A DNA stretch of 64,000 bases from a candidate division FCPU426 bacterium (GTDB lineage: Bacteria; Oederibacteriota; Muellerivitia; Muellerivitales; Muellerivitaceae): positions 46,140 through 110,139 of the forward strand of contig CAVTWJ010000005.1 in the NCBI GenBank assembly GCA_963738405.1. Direction: 5' to 3'. The translations under genes and the position numbers were made by a program. The notes under the pieces were generated by a model. That model did not search any database and had not been told where the DNA came from. It worked only from the letters and a program-made list of their open reading frames with translations. Of this stretch, positions 28,486 through 38,137 are shown one piece after another. Position 1 is the stretch's first letter. Every line of letters begins with the position of its first letter.

Positions 28486-28902
28486 TTATCGAAGGGCCCT
28501 TCCCTTTAATTTCCAGACTCCGCCCTTCCAGCCCCAGATAAAAGTTTCACTGGAATGGCTCTGGACGCTCAAGGCTTGAAAAACCCAGTTCAGTTTGACC
28601 TTGGCCGTGGAATCGTTCACCCAGGCCATGGAAGCGATCTGCCCGCCCGTCAAGGTGGCGTCTTGAACCCAGCTTTTGGTCAAGGCCGATTTGAGCGAAT
28701 CGGCATTATCGTAATTGCCGTCGGTCATCCGATACATATCGGTAAAGTTTCCTTGGACAGCGGAAGCGGTGAAATTATCCACCGCCTGCTTGAGGGCTTG
28801 TTCCCTCGACACCTTTTCATCCGGTGTCATGGAACAGCCGCAAAACAGGATAAACAAACCAAGTATTAAACTGATCCTGCCGGTATTAATCACCTGTCCC
28901 AC
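28486..28902 (-). CDS. Hypothetical lipoprotein (possibly NTF2-like fold)
   Basis: Hydrophobic stretch with LFCGC lipobox; helix-then-strand pattern ending W.WKGGVWKL. Confidence 0.6.
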   Translation of the reverse strand: MGQVINTGRISLILGLFILFCGCSMTPDEKVSREQALKQAVDNFTASAVQGNFTDMYRMTDGNYDNADSLKSALTKSWVQDATLTGGQIASMAWVNDSTAKVKLNWVFQALSVQSHSSETFIWGWKGGVWKLKGRALR

Positions 28903-28944
28903 CCTTCCTCAAACCATGACGGTCAGCCGTATAGGTAATAGATT

Positions 28945-29406
28945 TCAAGCCTTGGTTTCTTCGTACTTTTTTTCGATTTGAGTGATCTCATCGATACGAC
29001 GCTGGTGGCGATCCACACCACTAAAGGGGGTTTGCGTCCAAATTTGCACGATTTTAAGGTTCAGGTCCACGGGAAGGTCCCTTCCGGCTAACGAAAGCAC
29101 GTTGGAATCGTTGTGGTCCCTCGTATCGTGCGCCATCTTTTCGCTCGTCACCAAAGCCGCGCGGATACCGGGAACTTTGTTGGCGGCGATGGACATTCCA
29201 ATTCCGTTGCCGCAAACCACAATTCCACGCTCCGACTGGCCCGACGATACGCTCACGGCGACCTTTTCGGCGAAGAGGGGATAATCGGAAGGTTCGGCGT
29301 TATAACTACCCATATCCGTCACCTCATGCCCCTTGCCCTTCAAGAAAGCAACCACCGCTTCCTTGACGGTAAACCCAGCGTGATCCGACCCAATGGCGAT
29401 TTTCAT
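28945..29406 (-). CDS. rpiB: Ribose-5-phosphate isomerase B
   Basis: IGSDHAG, DYP, CGNGIGMSIAANKVPGIRAA, HNDSNVL, RH.RR. Confidence 0.95.
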   Translation of the reverse strand: MKIAIGSDHAGFTVKEAVVAFLKGKGHEVTDMGSYNAEPSDYPLFAEKVAVSVSSGQSERGIVVCGNGIGMSIAANKVPGIRAALVTSEKMAHDTRDHNDSNVLSLAGRDLPVDLNLKIVQIWTQTPFSGVDRHQRRIDEITQIEKKYEETKA

Positions 29407-29425
29407 GTTTGCCTTCTATTCAAGC

Positions 29426-29875
29426 CTAGGCAAAATGCCCGGCGGATTTATTTAAATAATCTTCAATTTGTTTCAAAGTAACTCGATATGCGTCGATTGG
29501 TTGACCCACGGGATCTTCAATATCTCGTTCGCCATCACCGGCCACCTCCGACAACATTCTGACCTTCGGGCTTAAATCGGGCATTTTTTTTAAAATCATT
29601 TCTTTGTGCCGGGCGGTCATGGTAACGATCAAGTCGCTTTCTAAAACCAGGGGTTTGGAGAGGGGTTGGCTTTGGTGCGGTTCCAGGTCGAATCCCTTTT
29701 CCTTAGCGGCTTCCACCGCTTCGGGTGCGGCCGGCACTCCAGGAAAGGCCGCCAAGCCGGCTGAAAAAACCGAAAGACCCCATCCTTTTTCTTGGGCCAT
29801 TTTTTTCAAAAGACCTTCCGCCAGAGGGCTCCTACAGGTGTTGCCGGTGCAGACAAAAAGAACCTTTTGGGGCAA
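29426..29875 (-). CDS. Low-molecular-weight protein phosphatase, YwlE (arginine phosphatase)-like
   Basis: VCTGNTCRSPLAE P-loop with Thr, SAG, DI.DP; tsaC-LMWPTP-rpiB order. Confidence 0.85.
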   Translation of the reverse strand: MPQKVLFVCTGNTCRSPLAEGLLKKMAQEKGWGLSVFSAGLAAFPGVPAAPEAVEAAKEKGFDLEPHQSQPLSKPLVLESDLIVTMTARHKEMILKKMPDLSPKVRMLSEVAGDGERDIEDPVGQPIDAYRVTLKQIEDYLNKSAGHFA

Positions 29876-29898
29876 CCTAGCCTCCGGAAGGAAACGAT

Positions 29899-30558
29899 TT
29901 ATTCGCTGATCATGTGGTCCAAGAGTCTTTCAACCCTGGCCAGTTCCTCCGCCGAGACAATGCCGTTGCGAACAAGCGAGAAATTTTTTCGGTCAATGCG
30001 GACCACGGCGGTCTCCCCGCCCAGGGGACAAATTCCCGCGTCCAGAACTGCGTCCACCTTTTCAAGTATCTCCGGGTCCACGTCCTCAAGCCGGACCGGG
30101 CTGTTCCCGCCGGTGAAATTGGCGCTCGACACCGCCAAGGTGTCGCCAACGTTACGTAAAAGTTCCAGCGCAATCCCATGGTCAGGGCACCGCAGGGCCA
30201 CCGTTCCATCCGGGCCCACCGCGCCAGGCGAGAGGGAAGAAACCTTAGCCCGGCGGATTAAGGTCCAGGGGCCAGGCCATATTTTTTTAAGAGTATCGAG
30301 ATCCCTTTCCCGAAAATCGGCTATTTCCAAGGCCACTTCGGGACGGGAAATGAGAATCGATAGGGATTGGTTGGCTGGCCGGTCTTTCAAAGCGAAGATG
30401 CGCTTCAAAGCCTCAGGTTTTTTCAGGGAACAACCAATGTCATAAACCGTATCGGTCGGAAAAACAGCTATCCCACCCTCTTTAATAACCTTCGCCACCT
30501 GCAGAAGGTTCGAGGGGGTATAGGGTAAGGATTTATTGTCTGTTTTCTCGCCAGCCAT
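29899..30558 (-). CDS. tsaC: Threonylcarbamoyl-AMP synthase (YrdC/Sua5 family)
   Basis: FPTDTVY, LK.RP, WPGP.T, VALRCPDH, SSAN; no Sua5 C-terminal domain. Confidence 0.88.
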   Translation of the reverse strand: MAGEKTDNKSLPYTPSNLLQVAKVIKEGGIAVFPTDTVYDIGCSLKKPEALKRIFALKDRPANQSLSILISRPEVALEIADFRERDLDTLKKIWPGPWTLIRRAKVSSLSPGAVGPDGTVALRCPDHGIALELLRNVGDTLAVSSANFTGGNSPVRLEDVDPEILEKVDAVLDAGICPLGGETAVVRIDRKNFSLVRNGIVSAEELARVERLLDHMISE

Positions 30559-30683
30559 GGTATTCCGTTCTTGGTTGGTAATGTTGAACCAACGTCTTCT
30601 CGAGATATCTTCTCAAACAAACGCTGAATTTTCAGCTGTTTTTGAAGAACTTTCAAGGGTGCGAAAGCGTTATTGTTTGAAAA

Positions 30684-31958
30684 TCATTTCCGGTTCAGGG
30701 CCCGCCAGGCGATATCTTTTCGAAATTGCGCTCCCTCGAAATGAATCACTTCAAGGGTCTCATAGGCCCGTTGAACGGCCTTTTCAATCGTGGTCCCTAT
30801 TCCCGTGACGCAAAGAACCCGCCCCCCGTTGGTGGTGATAGCGCCATTTTTTAAGGCGGTTCCCGAGTGAAAAACCATGCTATTGGGTAACTTGCCTGCT
30901 TCTTCCAGGCCCGAAATTTCTTGCCCCTTGGGGTAGCTCCCGGGATAACCCTTGGCCGCCATCACCACACAGGCTGCGGGCCGGTCGTCCCATTCGATTT
31001 TGAGGTGGGACAATTTTCCCTGGGCCACGGCCATACAAACGTTGACGAAATCGGTCTTCAGCCGGGGCAAAACCACTTGGGTTTCCGGGTCGCCAAATCG
31101 GCAGTTATATTCAATAACCTTAGGGCCGTCCTTGGTGATCATCAACCCCGCGTAAAGAACACCCCGGTAGGTAATGCCCATGCTTCGAAGAGCCGCGACC
31201 GTGGGTTTAAGTATTTTTTCTAGGATTTCCTCATCCATCTTTTTCGTAACCACCGGCGCTGGGGAATAGGCTCCCATGCCGCCCGTATTGGGCCCCTGGT
31301 CCCCGTCAAATATGCGCTTGTGGTCTTGGGCGCTCACCATAGGAACAATATTTTCACCGTCCACAAACGCGAGTACAGAGGCCTCCTCACCCACCAAGCA
31401 TTCTTCAATCAAGACTCGAGCCCCGGCTTTTCCGAAGACCTTCTTCTTCATAGCCTCATCCAAGGCCTGTTCGGCTTGCTTTATATTCTCGCAAACCGTA
31501 ACGCCCTTCCCCGCAGCCAATCCGTCCGCCTTGATGACAATGGGCGCTCCTTCTTCGTGGATATAGGCCAGGGCCTTCTTGTAACTGGTAAAGGCGGCCG
31601 CTTTGGCAGTCGGAATTTGATGATCCACCAACAGTTTCTTGGTGAAAGTCTTGCTGGCTTCCAGCTCAGCCCCAGCCTTCACAGGCCCAAAAACCATCAC
31701 CCCTCTTTTCATCAGCTCATCGGCTAAACCTAGGGAAAGTGGAACTTCCGGACCAATCACCACCAGCTTGGGCTCATGTCTTTCAGCCCATTCAACCAGA
31801 CCGGGGATATCGTCCGACAATATGTCGATACATTCGGCGATTTGAGCGATCCCGGCATTTCCAGGGGCGCAATAAATTTTAGGTTTGCGGGATGACTTGG
31901 CCAGGGCCCAGCAAATTGCGTGTTCCCTCCCCCCCGAACCTACAACAAGGATGTCCAC
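30684..31958 (-). CDS. purD: Phosphoribosylamine-glycine ligase
   Basis: GSGGREHA, KADGLAAGKGV, QDHKR..DGD.GPNTGGMGAY, EYNCRFGDPE. Confidence 0.97.
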   Translation of the reverse strand: MDILVVGSGGREHAICWALAKSSRKPKIYCAPGNAGIAQIAECIDILSDDIPGLVEWAERHEPKLVVIGPEVPLSLGLADELMKRGVMVFGPVKAGAELEASKTFTKKLLVDHQIPTAKAAAFTSYKKALAYIHEEGAPIVIKADGLAAGKGVTVCENIKQAEQALDEAMKKKVFGKAGARVLIEECLVGEEASVLAFVDGENIVPMVSAQDHKRIFDGDQGPNTGGMGAYSPAPVVTKKMDEEILEKILKPTVAALRSMGITYRGVLYAGLMITKDGPKVIEYNCRFGDPETQVVLPRLKTDFVNVCMAVAQGKLSHLKIEWDDRPAACVVMAAKGYPGSYPKGQEISGLEEAGKLPNSMVFHSGTALKNGAITTNGGRVLCVTGIGTTIEKAVQRAYETLEVIHFEGAQFRKDIAWRALNRK

Positions 31959-31979
31959 AAGAGCCCTCGATACTTTTTA

Positions 31980-33554
31980 TTAGTGCTTAAAGTGTCTGTA
32001 AGTCGTAAAGATCATCGGGATGCCATGCTGGTTGGCGGCCTCGATGACTTCTTTATCCCGAACGCTTCCGCCCGTTTGAATAATGGCCGCAACCCCCGCC
32101 TTGGCGCAGGCATCCACACTGTCCCTGAAAGGCAGTAAAGCGTCGGAAGCCATCACGCTTCCCTTGGCCTTTTCTCCCGCTTGGGCGATGGCAATTTCCA
32201 ATGATCCCACCCGGTTCATCTGCCCCGCGCCCACTCCCAGCGAAACCCCATTCCGAACTAGCACAATGGCGTTTGACTTCACGTGTTTGACCAGCTTCCA
32301 GCCAAATTCCATATCCTTTGCCAGTTGCGGGTCCGGTTGTTTCTCGCTGACAACTTTATATTGGGTCTTATCTTCAGGGGCCTGGTCGAAATCCTGAACC
32401 AGAAAGCCTCCCTCAACCCGGCGCACATGGTATCCGGCAGTAGTTCCCTTGGTTCCGCCCAAACCTTCCAGGCTCATAACCCTCAGGTTCTTACGAGCCT
32501 CAAAGGCCTTCAAGGCACCAGCATCGTAAGATGGGGCCATGATGATCTCGAAGAAGCTCAGTTTTTCCAATATCAGTTGGGCTGTTTTTTCATCCACCAG
32601 CCGGTTCACCGCCACAATTCCGCCAAAGGCGGAAAGGGGGTCAGCCTCGAAAGCCTTGGTAAAGGCTTCGGCGATATCCGAGCCTATGGCCGTCCCGCAA
32701 GGGTTGGTGTGTTTGATGATCGTAGCCGCAGGGTCGTCAAATTCCTTCACCAGCATTAAAGCGGCGTCCGCGTCCATGATGTTGTTGTAGGACAGTTCCT
32801 TACCCTGTAATTGCTTGCCATTCACAATGACCGGCAGCGCCGTATTCCTCTCTTTATAGAAGGCGGCAGGCTGGTGGGGATTCTCTCCATAGCGCATTTC
32901 CTGAAGCTTGACCCCCGAAAGGGTAAAGACATCGGGCCAGGTCTTTTCAGATAGATGCTTGTGAAGATATTCGTGAATCATCCCGTCATATCGGGAGGTG
33001 TTTCCAAAGGCCTCAATAGCCAATTCCTGGCGCAATTTAAAGGTGGTGGCGCCGTTGTTTTCTTTCATTTCTTTGACGATATCGGCATAACGGGCGGGGC
33101 TAACGACCACCGTCACACTTCGGTAGTTTTTGGAGGCCGAGCGGATCATGGAAGGCCCGCCAATGTCGATATTTTCAATGGCTTCGTGCAGTTCCACATT
33201 GGGCTTGGCGATGGTGGCCTCGAAGGGATAGAGGTTCACGCAAACCAGGTCGATCGGCTTAATGTGGTGTTTTTCGATGGTGGCCATGTGTTCGGCGTTG
33301 TCCCGAAGGGAAAGCAGTCCTCCGTGAACTACCGGATGCAGGGTCTTCACCCGCCCATCCAGCATTTCGGGGAACCCAGTCACTTCAGAGATGTCCTTAA
33401 CGGGCAGTCCTGCGTCCTTAATGGCCTTGGCAGTTCCCCCGGTGGAAATCAGTTCCACCCCGTGTTCCACCAACACCTTGGCGAAGTCGATTAATCCTGA
33501 TTTGTCCGAAACACTTAATAAAGCCCTTTTTATTTTTACTAGGTCTTCCGCCAT
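31980..33554 (-). CDS. purH: Bifunctional AICAR transformylase/IMP cyclohydrolase
   Basis: RALLSVSDK, GRVKTLHP, IDIGGPSM, RYGENPHQ, KH.NPCG, KSNAI. Confidence 0.97.
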   Translation of the reverse strand: MAEDLVKIKRALLSVSDKSGLIDFAKVLVEHGVELISTGGTAKAIKDAGLPVKDISEVTGFPEMLDGRVKTLHPVVHGGLLSLRDNAEHMATIEKHHIKPIDLVCVNLYPFEATIAKPNVELHEAIENIDIGGPSMIRSASKNYRSVTVVVSPARYADIVKEMKENNGATTFKLRQELAIEAFGNTSRYDGMIHEYLHKHLSEKTWPDVFTLSGVKLQEMRYGENPHQPAAFYKERNTALPVIVNGKQLQGKELSYNNIMDADAALMLVKEFDDPAATIIKHTNPCGTAIGSDIAEAFTKAFEADPLSAFGGIVAVNRLVDEKTAQLILEKLSFFEIIMAPSYDAGALKAFEARKNLRVMSLEGLGGTKGTTAGYHVRRVEGGFLVQDFDQAPEDKTQYKVVSEKQPDPQLAKDMEFGWKLVKHVKSNAIVLVRNGVSLGVGAGQMNRVGSLEIAIAQAGEKAKGSVMASDALLPFRDSVDACAKAGVAAIIQTGGSVRDKEVIEAANQHGIPMIFTTYRHFKH

Positions 33555-33591
33555 AAACATCTCCTTAAATTGAATGATTTAACCCCTCAGC

Positions 33592-34215
33592 TTAAGGGGA
33601 GATTTTGACCCGCCCATGCTCAACTTTAATTTTTCCATCACAAAACAGCTTTACCGCCTCGGGGTAAATATGGTGTTCAACCTTGAGGACCTTTTCGGCC
33701 AAGGTCTCCGGCGTATCCTTGACAGATACGGGAACCGATCCCTGCAAAATGATGGGACCCGCGTCCACACCCTCGGTCACAAAATGAACCGTGGCGCCCG
33801 ATTCTTTCTCCTTGGCAGCGATCACCGCCTCATGCACATGATGACCGTACATGCCAGCTCCGCCAAATTTAGGTAAGAGGGCCGGGTGGATGTTCATCAT
33901 GCGATGAAGGAAGGGTTTGATCAAAACAGGGGTCAGAATGCGCATATAGCCCGCCAGGCAAATGAGGTCGACCTTCTTGTCTTGGCATAAGCTCAGGATT
34001 TCCTGGTCGTAGTGCTCCCGTGAACCCTGAAATTCTTTGCTTGAGATGGAAATGGACTCGATGTCATGGGCTTCGGCTCTCTCCAGCGCTTTAACCCCGG
34101 GTATATTGGAGAAGACGAAAGAAAACTTGGCCTTAAAGGAACCCGCTTCACAGGCGTCGATCAATGCCTGAAGGTTGGAACCTCCGCCCGAAGCCAAAAC
34201 CGCTATGCGAATCAA
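33592..34215 (-). CDS. purN: Phosphoribosylglycinamide formyltransferase
   Basis: LASGGGSNLQA, LAGYMRIL, NIHPALLP, GATVHFV..GVDAGPII. Confidence 0.97.
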   Translation of the reverse strand: MIRIAVLASGGGSNLQALIDACEAGSFKAKFSFVFSNIPGVKALERAEAHDIESISISSKEFQGSREHYDQEILSLCQDKKVDLICLAGYMRILTPVLIKPFLHRMMNIHPALLPKFGGAGMYGHHVHEAVIAAKEKESGATVHFVTEGVDAGPIILQGSVPVSVKDTPETLAEKVLKVEHHIYPEAVKLFCDGKIKVEHGRVKISP

Positions 34216-34246
34216 AAGACCACCCCTTTAAGAACACCTAATTATT

Positions 34247-34342
34247 CACCACCAAGGCACCAAGACACCAAGAAAACCATCAATGTTTTTAAACCTAAAT
34301 CTTAGATTTTGCCTTACTTGGCGTCTTAGCGTCTTGGCGGTA
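34247..34342. repeat. Palindromic element copy 1 (26-bp arms of 8-bp units, 44-nt AT-rich spacer)
   Basis: Left arm CACCACCAAGGCACCAAGACACCAAG (34247-34272); right arm CTTGGCGTCTTAGCGTCTTGGCGGTA (34317-34342). Confidence 0.9.
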
Positions 34343-36341
34343 AATCATTTGTTATCGTTTGGAGGAGTTGGAGAAGGTTTTGCTTGGCCTGGGCGTTGTC
34401 CGGGTCCAACTGAAGCGTCCGTTGGTACATGGCTTTGGACTCCGCCTTATGCCCCAGCAGGAACAGGCAGTTGGCCTCGTCCACCAGCGCTGGAACGCAG
34501 GTAGGATAGTCGAAAACCAATTTTTGATAAATCACTAATGCGCCCGAATAATCCTTGCGGCCTACTTTGTCACGGGCTTCACTGTAGGCCTGCAGTTGAA
34601 AAATCAATTGAGGATCTAGGGCAATGGCCCTTTTCATTTCCGCATCGGCTTCCGATGCCCGGCCTAGCCTTTCAAGGGTCTTACTCTTTTTAAAATGCAC
34701 GAGCACATAATCCGGTTCCAACGCCGTAACCTGATTGAAATCCTCAAGCGCCTTTTCATCATCCCCCATTTGCCCCCGGTTCTCGTAAGTCGATCCCCTC
34801 AAATAAAGGGCCATGACATTCAGGGGGTCCAGTCGAATTGAGTTGTCGTAAGCCTTTAAGGCCCCTTCCCATTGTTTCGATTCGGATAACCCCACCGCCC
34901 ATTTCAACTGCACATCCGCCCATTGCTTCTCAAAAGCCGTCCAGATTTGAAAAAGGCATAGCCCCGATGCCAAGAGGGTCAGGGCCAGCCACGTGAATCG
35001 GACCCCCGCCAGCGAGGTTTCTTTCGCTTGTATGGGAAAACCCGCCATGCGGTAAAAGCGCTGGGAAAGGGCCACCGGAAGAGCCGCCAAAAAGAGCAGG
35101 GGCACCAACGTGGTTGGAAGGGTGCTGTTGAGGTCGAAAAGATTATCCAGGGCCGCCCCGCCCAAGGCCGCGAATGCCCCCGCACCCAAGGCAGGGGGAA
35201 TGGCATTGGCTTTATAGAGTTTCCACCATTGGTAAAGCACCGCTCCCCAGAAGGCCAAAAGCAATCCCAAGCCGATAAACCCCGTCTGGGCTATCCACGA
35301 AAGCACCCAGTTGTGGGGGTCGTTCACCTCGTAGCTTCTTTGGGTTTGACCCATCATCAGGCTCAAGGGCCGGTAGGCCGGGTATAGGGCCGAAAAGGTT
35401 CCGAAACCCACCCCGGTTAATGGGTGGTCCAAAATCATCTTCCAAACCCCCGACCAAAGCTGTCGGCGGAAAACGACGGAAGGATTTTGCGGGTCCGCCA
35501 AAGGGCCCAATATTTGAACCGCCGGGTATGCGCCTAACAGGAAGGTCCCGCCCAATAAAAGCAAAAGGGAATTTCTTTGGTTTTTCCCTTCCCCCTCCGC
35601 CTTGGTTCCCAAAAGAAAAAAAACGAGGAACAAAATAATTCCAAATCCCAAGCCCAATATTCCCGCCTTGCTCCGGGTTAAAAACAATGCGCCCAGGCTC
35701 AGGGCCGTCGTAAGTATCCAAACCATTTTGGTGATCGGTTGCCCGGCGCGAAAGTAAAGGGCAAGACCTACAGGCCAAACCAAAAGAAGAAACCCGGCCA
35801 AAAAGTCCGGGTTTCCCATCCCGGCAATCGGGTGGCCTGAATATTGGTTTTGAACCAAATCAAGGAGCGGCCCCTTGCCCCATCCAGCGGCTTGAGCAAT
35901 CGCCCTGATCGAACTTCCCAGGGCCGCCGCCATAAAGACAATTAAAAGATTTTCCGCCTGCCAAAGTTCCATGCAGACCAGCGTGAAAAGAAGAAAAAGC
36001 AAAAGAAAGCAGATCCAATTTCCCCAGGCTTCCCAGCCGATTTGGGAACAAGGTGAAAGAAGTACGGTCATAGCCGTCCATAAAACCAAACCCAGAAGGG
36101 GCCATAGGGCCGCCGAATAAGCCCATTGGATCTTTTGCGTTTGAAAAACCCGCCAGAACCATAGGGCCAGGGCCAAGAACACCACGATCCGACAGAGGGA
36201 TACTTTAGGAAGAAGAAGGTCCATTCCCTTGTCCTGCGTGATAAAAGGCACCAGAAACATAACTAGAACGGATAAAAATAACGGGGCGCGGTCCAGCGCC
36301 AATTCCCATCCTAGAATTTGATTCGGTGGAGTTTCTTTCAC
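34326..36341 (-). CDS. O-antigen ligase (Wzy_C)/O-OTase-like membrane protein with C-terminal TPRs
   Basis: Multi-TM; GNPDFLAG, LTRSKAG, R..LW....MI.DHPL.GVG.G.F, PHN motifs; TPR tail. Confidence 0.85.
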   Translation of the reverse strand: MKETPPNQILGWELALDRAPLFLSVLVMFLVPFITQDKGMDLLLPKVSLCRIVVFLALALWFWRVFQTQKIQWAYSAALWPLLGLVLWTAMTVLLSPCSQIGWEAWGNWICFLLLFLLFTLVCMELWQAENLLIVFMAAALGSSIRAIAQAAGWGKGPLLDLVQNQYSGHPIAGMGNPDFLAGFLLLVWPVGLALYFRAGQPITKMVWILTTALSLGALFLTRSKAGILGLGFGIILFLVFFLLGTKAEGEGKNQRNSLLLLLGGTFLLGAYPAVQILGPLADPQNPSVVFRRQLWSGVWKMILDHPLTGVGFGTFSALYPAYRPLSLMMGQTQRSYEVNDPHNWVLSWIAQTGFIGLGLLLAFWGAVLYQWWKLYKANAIPPALGAGAFAALGGAALDNLFDLNSTLPTTLVPLLFLAALPVALSQRFYRMAGFPIQAKETSLAGVRFTWLALTLLASGLCLFQIWTAFEKQWADVQLKWAVGLSESKQWEGALKAYDNSIRLDPLNVMALYLRGSTYENRGQMGDDEKALEDFNQVTALEPDYVLVHFKKSKTLERLGRASEADAEMKRAIALDPQLIFQLQAYSEARDKVGRKDYSGALVIYQKLVFDYPTCVPALVDEANCLFLLGHKAESKAMYQRTLQLDPDNAQAKQNLLQLLQTITNDLPPRR

Positions 36342-38137
36342 GGGAGTATTTGCCTTTTTAAGGAAAGGGCCCGGTCGTTATGGGGGTCCAGGCGTAGCAC
36401 CTCATCCAGCTGGCTCAAGGCGGTTTTCATGTCCTTTTTCACGAAGAGGGCGTAGGCCAGGTTGAAATGGCCCTCGATGGAATTGGGGTCCAACACCACG
36501 CTTTGGCCGTAATAAGCGATGGCTTGGTCCAGGTTCCCAGGATTCTTATCTGCCTTGAAAAAATAAACGTTTCCGAGGTTCAGGTAGGCTCCCGCCGCCG
36601 AGGGATTGAGGGATATTTCTTTCTTATAGGCCTTTTCAGCCTCATCCATCAGGTTCAGTTTAGCGTCCACGTTTCCCAGCCGGTGATACAGATCGGCATT
36701 CGCGGGGTTTTGGGAGATGGCGCTTTCCAATTTTTGTTTTTCCCCCGGCAAATCGGTTGGAAGGTCTTTCAAAAAGTCGCTCGAAGGAGGGGCGGACAGC
36801 CGGGATAAAACTGCCGGGATGGAAAAGACGAAACCAAACAGAGAAAGGGTCAAGAGACCGGCCGTGAATATCTTCCCGGAGTTTTCCGAGAATCGGAATG
36901 TCTTCCCCGACTCAAAAACATTTACAAGCCAGGCTGTTGCCAACCATAGAAAGCTTCCAACTCCTGTTAGTCTGCAGTTGTAATCAAATAGGTTCGTAAA
37001 ACCGGCGCCCACAATGCCTAAAAATAATCCCATCGAAGCAAAATCTTGGGTTTCTTCCCCATCCCGGCCCGCCCAAAGAGCTGCCAGGGGTTTTCCAGCC
37101 ACCCTCAGCCAAAAAAGACTCGCCAAAAACAATCCCACCAGTCCCAATTCCACCCAAAGTTCCAAAAACTCATTGTGAACGTGCTCGGCAAAAGTGTTGT
37201 CCTTTTGCATTTCCTGGTTCAGTCTTCCGCTCATGAAATCAGGAAAACCCATGGAAAATTGATTGATTCCCCACCCCAAGATGGGTTTTTGCATCGCCAT
37301 TTGCGCGGCGCCTTTCCATACTTCCAATCTTTCCGTAGGCCGGTTGCCCAATCGGGCGCCGAAAAAGACAACCCCAGCCAATACCACAAGGGTCACCAGC
37401 GCCACGGCCCACCTGACCCGTCGATCCTGGTAGGGCTTCATACCCATCAAAACCACGAGCAGGACAAATTGGGCGACCAGGGCTAAGAGACCCGCCCGGC
37501 TTCCGGTTAGGATCAAATTGGCGAGCGCTAAAACCCCAACCGCGATTCGAAACCAAACTTCCCTATTCTGATTATTCCACCCCATGGGTTTGACCAGCAG
37601 GACCGGCCAAGAAAGAACCAAGAAGGCCGCAAAGACGTTGGGGTTGCCGAAGAGGGAGTAAATGCGGTCCGGCTGCCCGCCCGGTAAATGGGGGATAAAA
37701 CCCCAAAGAAATTGTTGGGCTAACCCATAGAGGCAAACCAGCACATAAGCCCAACTCCAACCCAGCGAGGCCGCTTTTCGGGAGTTTGGGTCCTGCCGGG
37801 CCAAGAGGTACAGGCCAATCCAAGGCAGAAAACGGCCCAAGAAATCCTGGCCCGCCGTGGGCATGGAGCTCCACGCCACCGAAAGACAGGCCCAGGCCAT
37901 GTATAGGAAAAGGAAAATCTCCAAAGCCGACCAGCGAAGGACCCGTTCTTTTAACCCGGTCAGGGTCCAAAGGGTTAGGAGTAGAAAAAAGCCCAGAAGG
38001 GGTGCGAAGTCTTTGTAATCAATATCTCTAAAGGAGGGCAAAAGGCCCGTACAAAGGGTGACTAAAATCCAAGCGAACGCCATCCATTTGTTGCCAGTAC
38101 CCACGCCCGCATTAGACCCTTTATCGGGATTATTCAC
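36338..38137 (-). CDS. O-antigen ligase (Wzy_C)/O-OTase-like membrane protein with C-terminal TPRs
   Basis: R.YSLFGNPN.FA, LTGSRAG, R..VW....M...P..GWG, HVHNEFLE..VELG; TPR tail. Start taken at GTG 38137, which overlaps the murJ stop. Confidence 0.85.
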   Translation of the reverse strand: MNNPDKGSNAGVGTGNKWMAFAWILVTLCTGLLPSFRDIDYKDFAPLLGFFLLLTLWTLTGLKERVLRWSALEIFLFLYMAWACLSVAWSSMPTAGQDFLGRFLPWIGLYLLARQDPNSRKAASLGWSWAYVLVCLYGLAQQFLWGFIPHLPGGQPDRIYSLFGNPNVFAAFLVLSWPVLLVKPMGWNNQNREVWFRIAVGVLALANLILTGSRAGLLALVAQFVLLVVLMGMKPYQDRRVRWAVALVTLVVLAGVVFFGARLGNRPTERLEVWKGAAQMAMQKPILGWGINQFSMGFPDFMSGRLNQEMQKDNTFAEHVHNEFLELWVELGLVGLFLASLFWLRVAGKPLAALWAGRDGEETQDFASMGLFLGIVGAGFTNLFDYNCRLTGVGSFLWLATAWLVNVFESGKTFRFSENSGKIFTAGLLTLSLFGFVFSIPAVLSRLSAPPSSDFLKDLPTDLPGEKQKLESAISQNPANADLYHRLGNVDAKLNLMDEAEKAYKKEISLNPSAAGAYLNLGNVYFFKADKNPGNLDQAIAYYGQSVVLDPNSIEGHFNLAYALFVKKDMKTALSQLDEVLRLDPHNDRALSLKRQILP

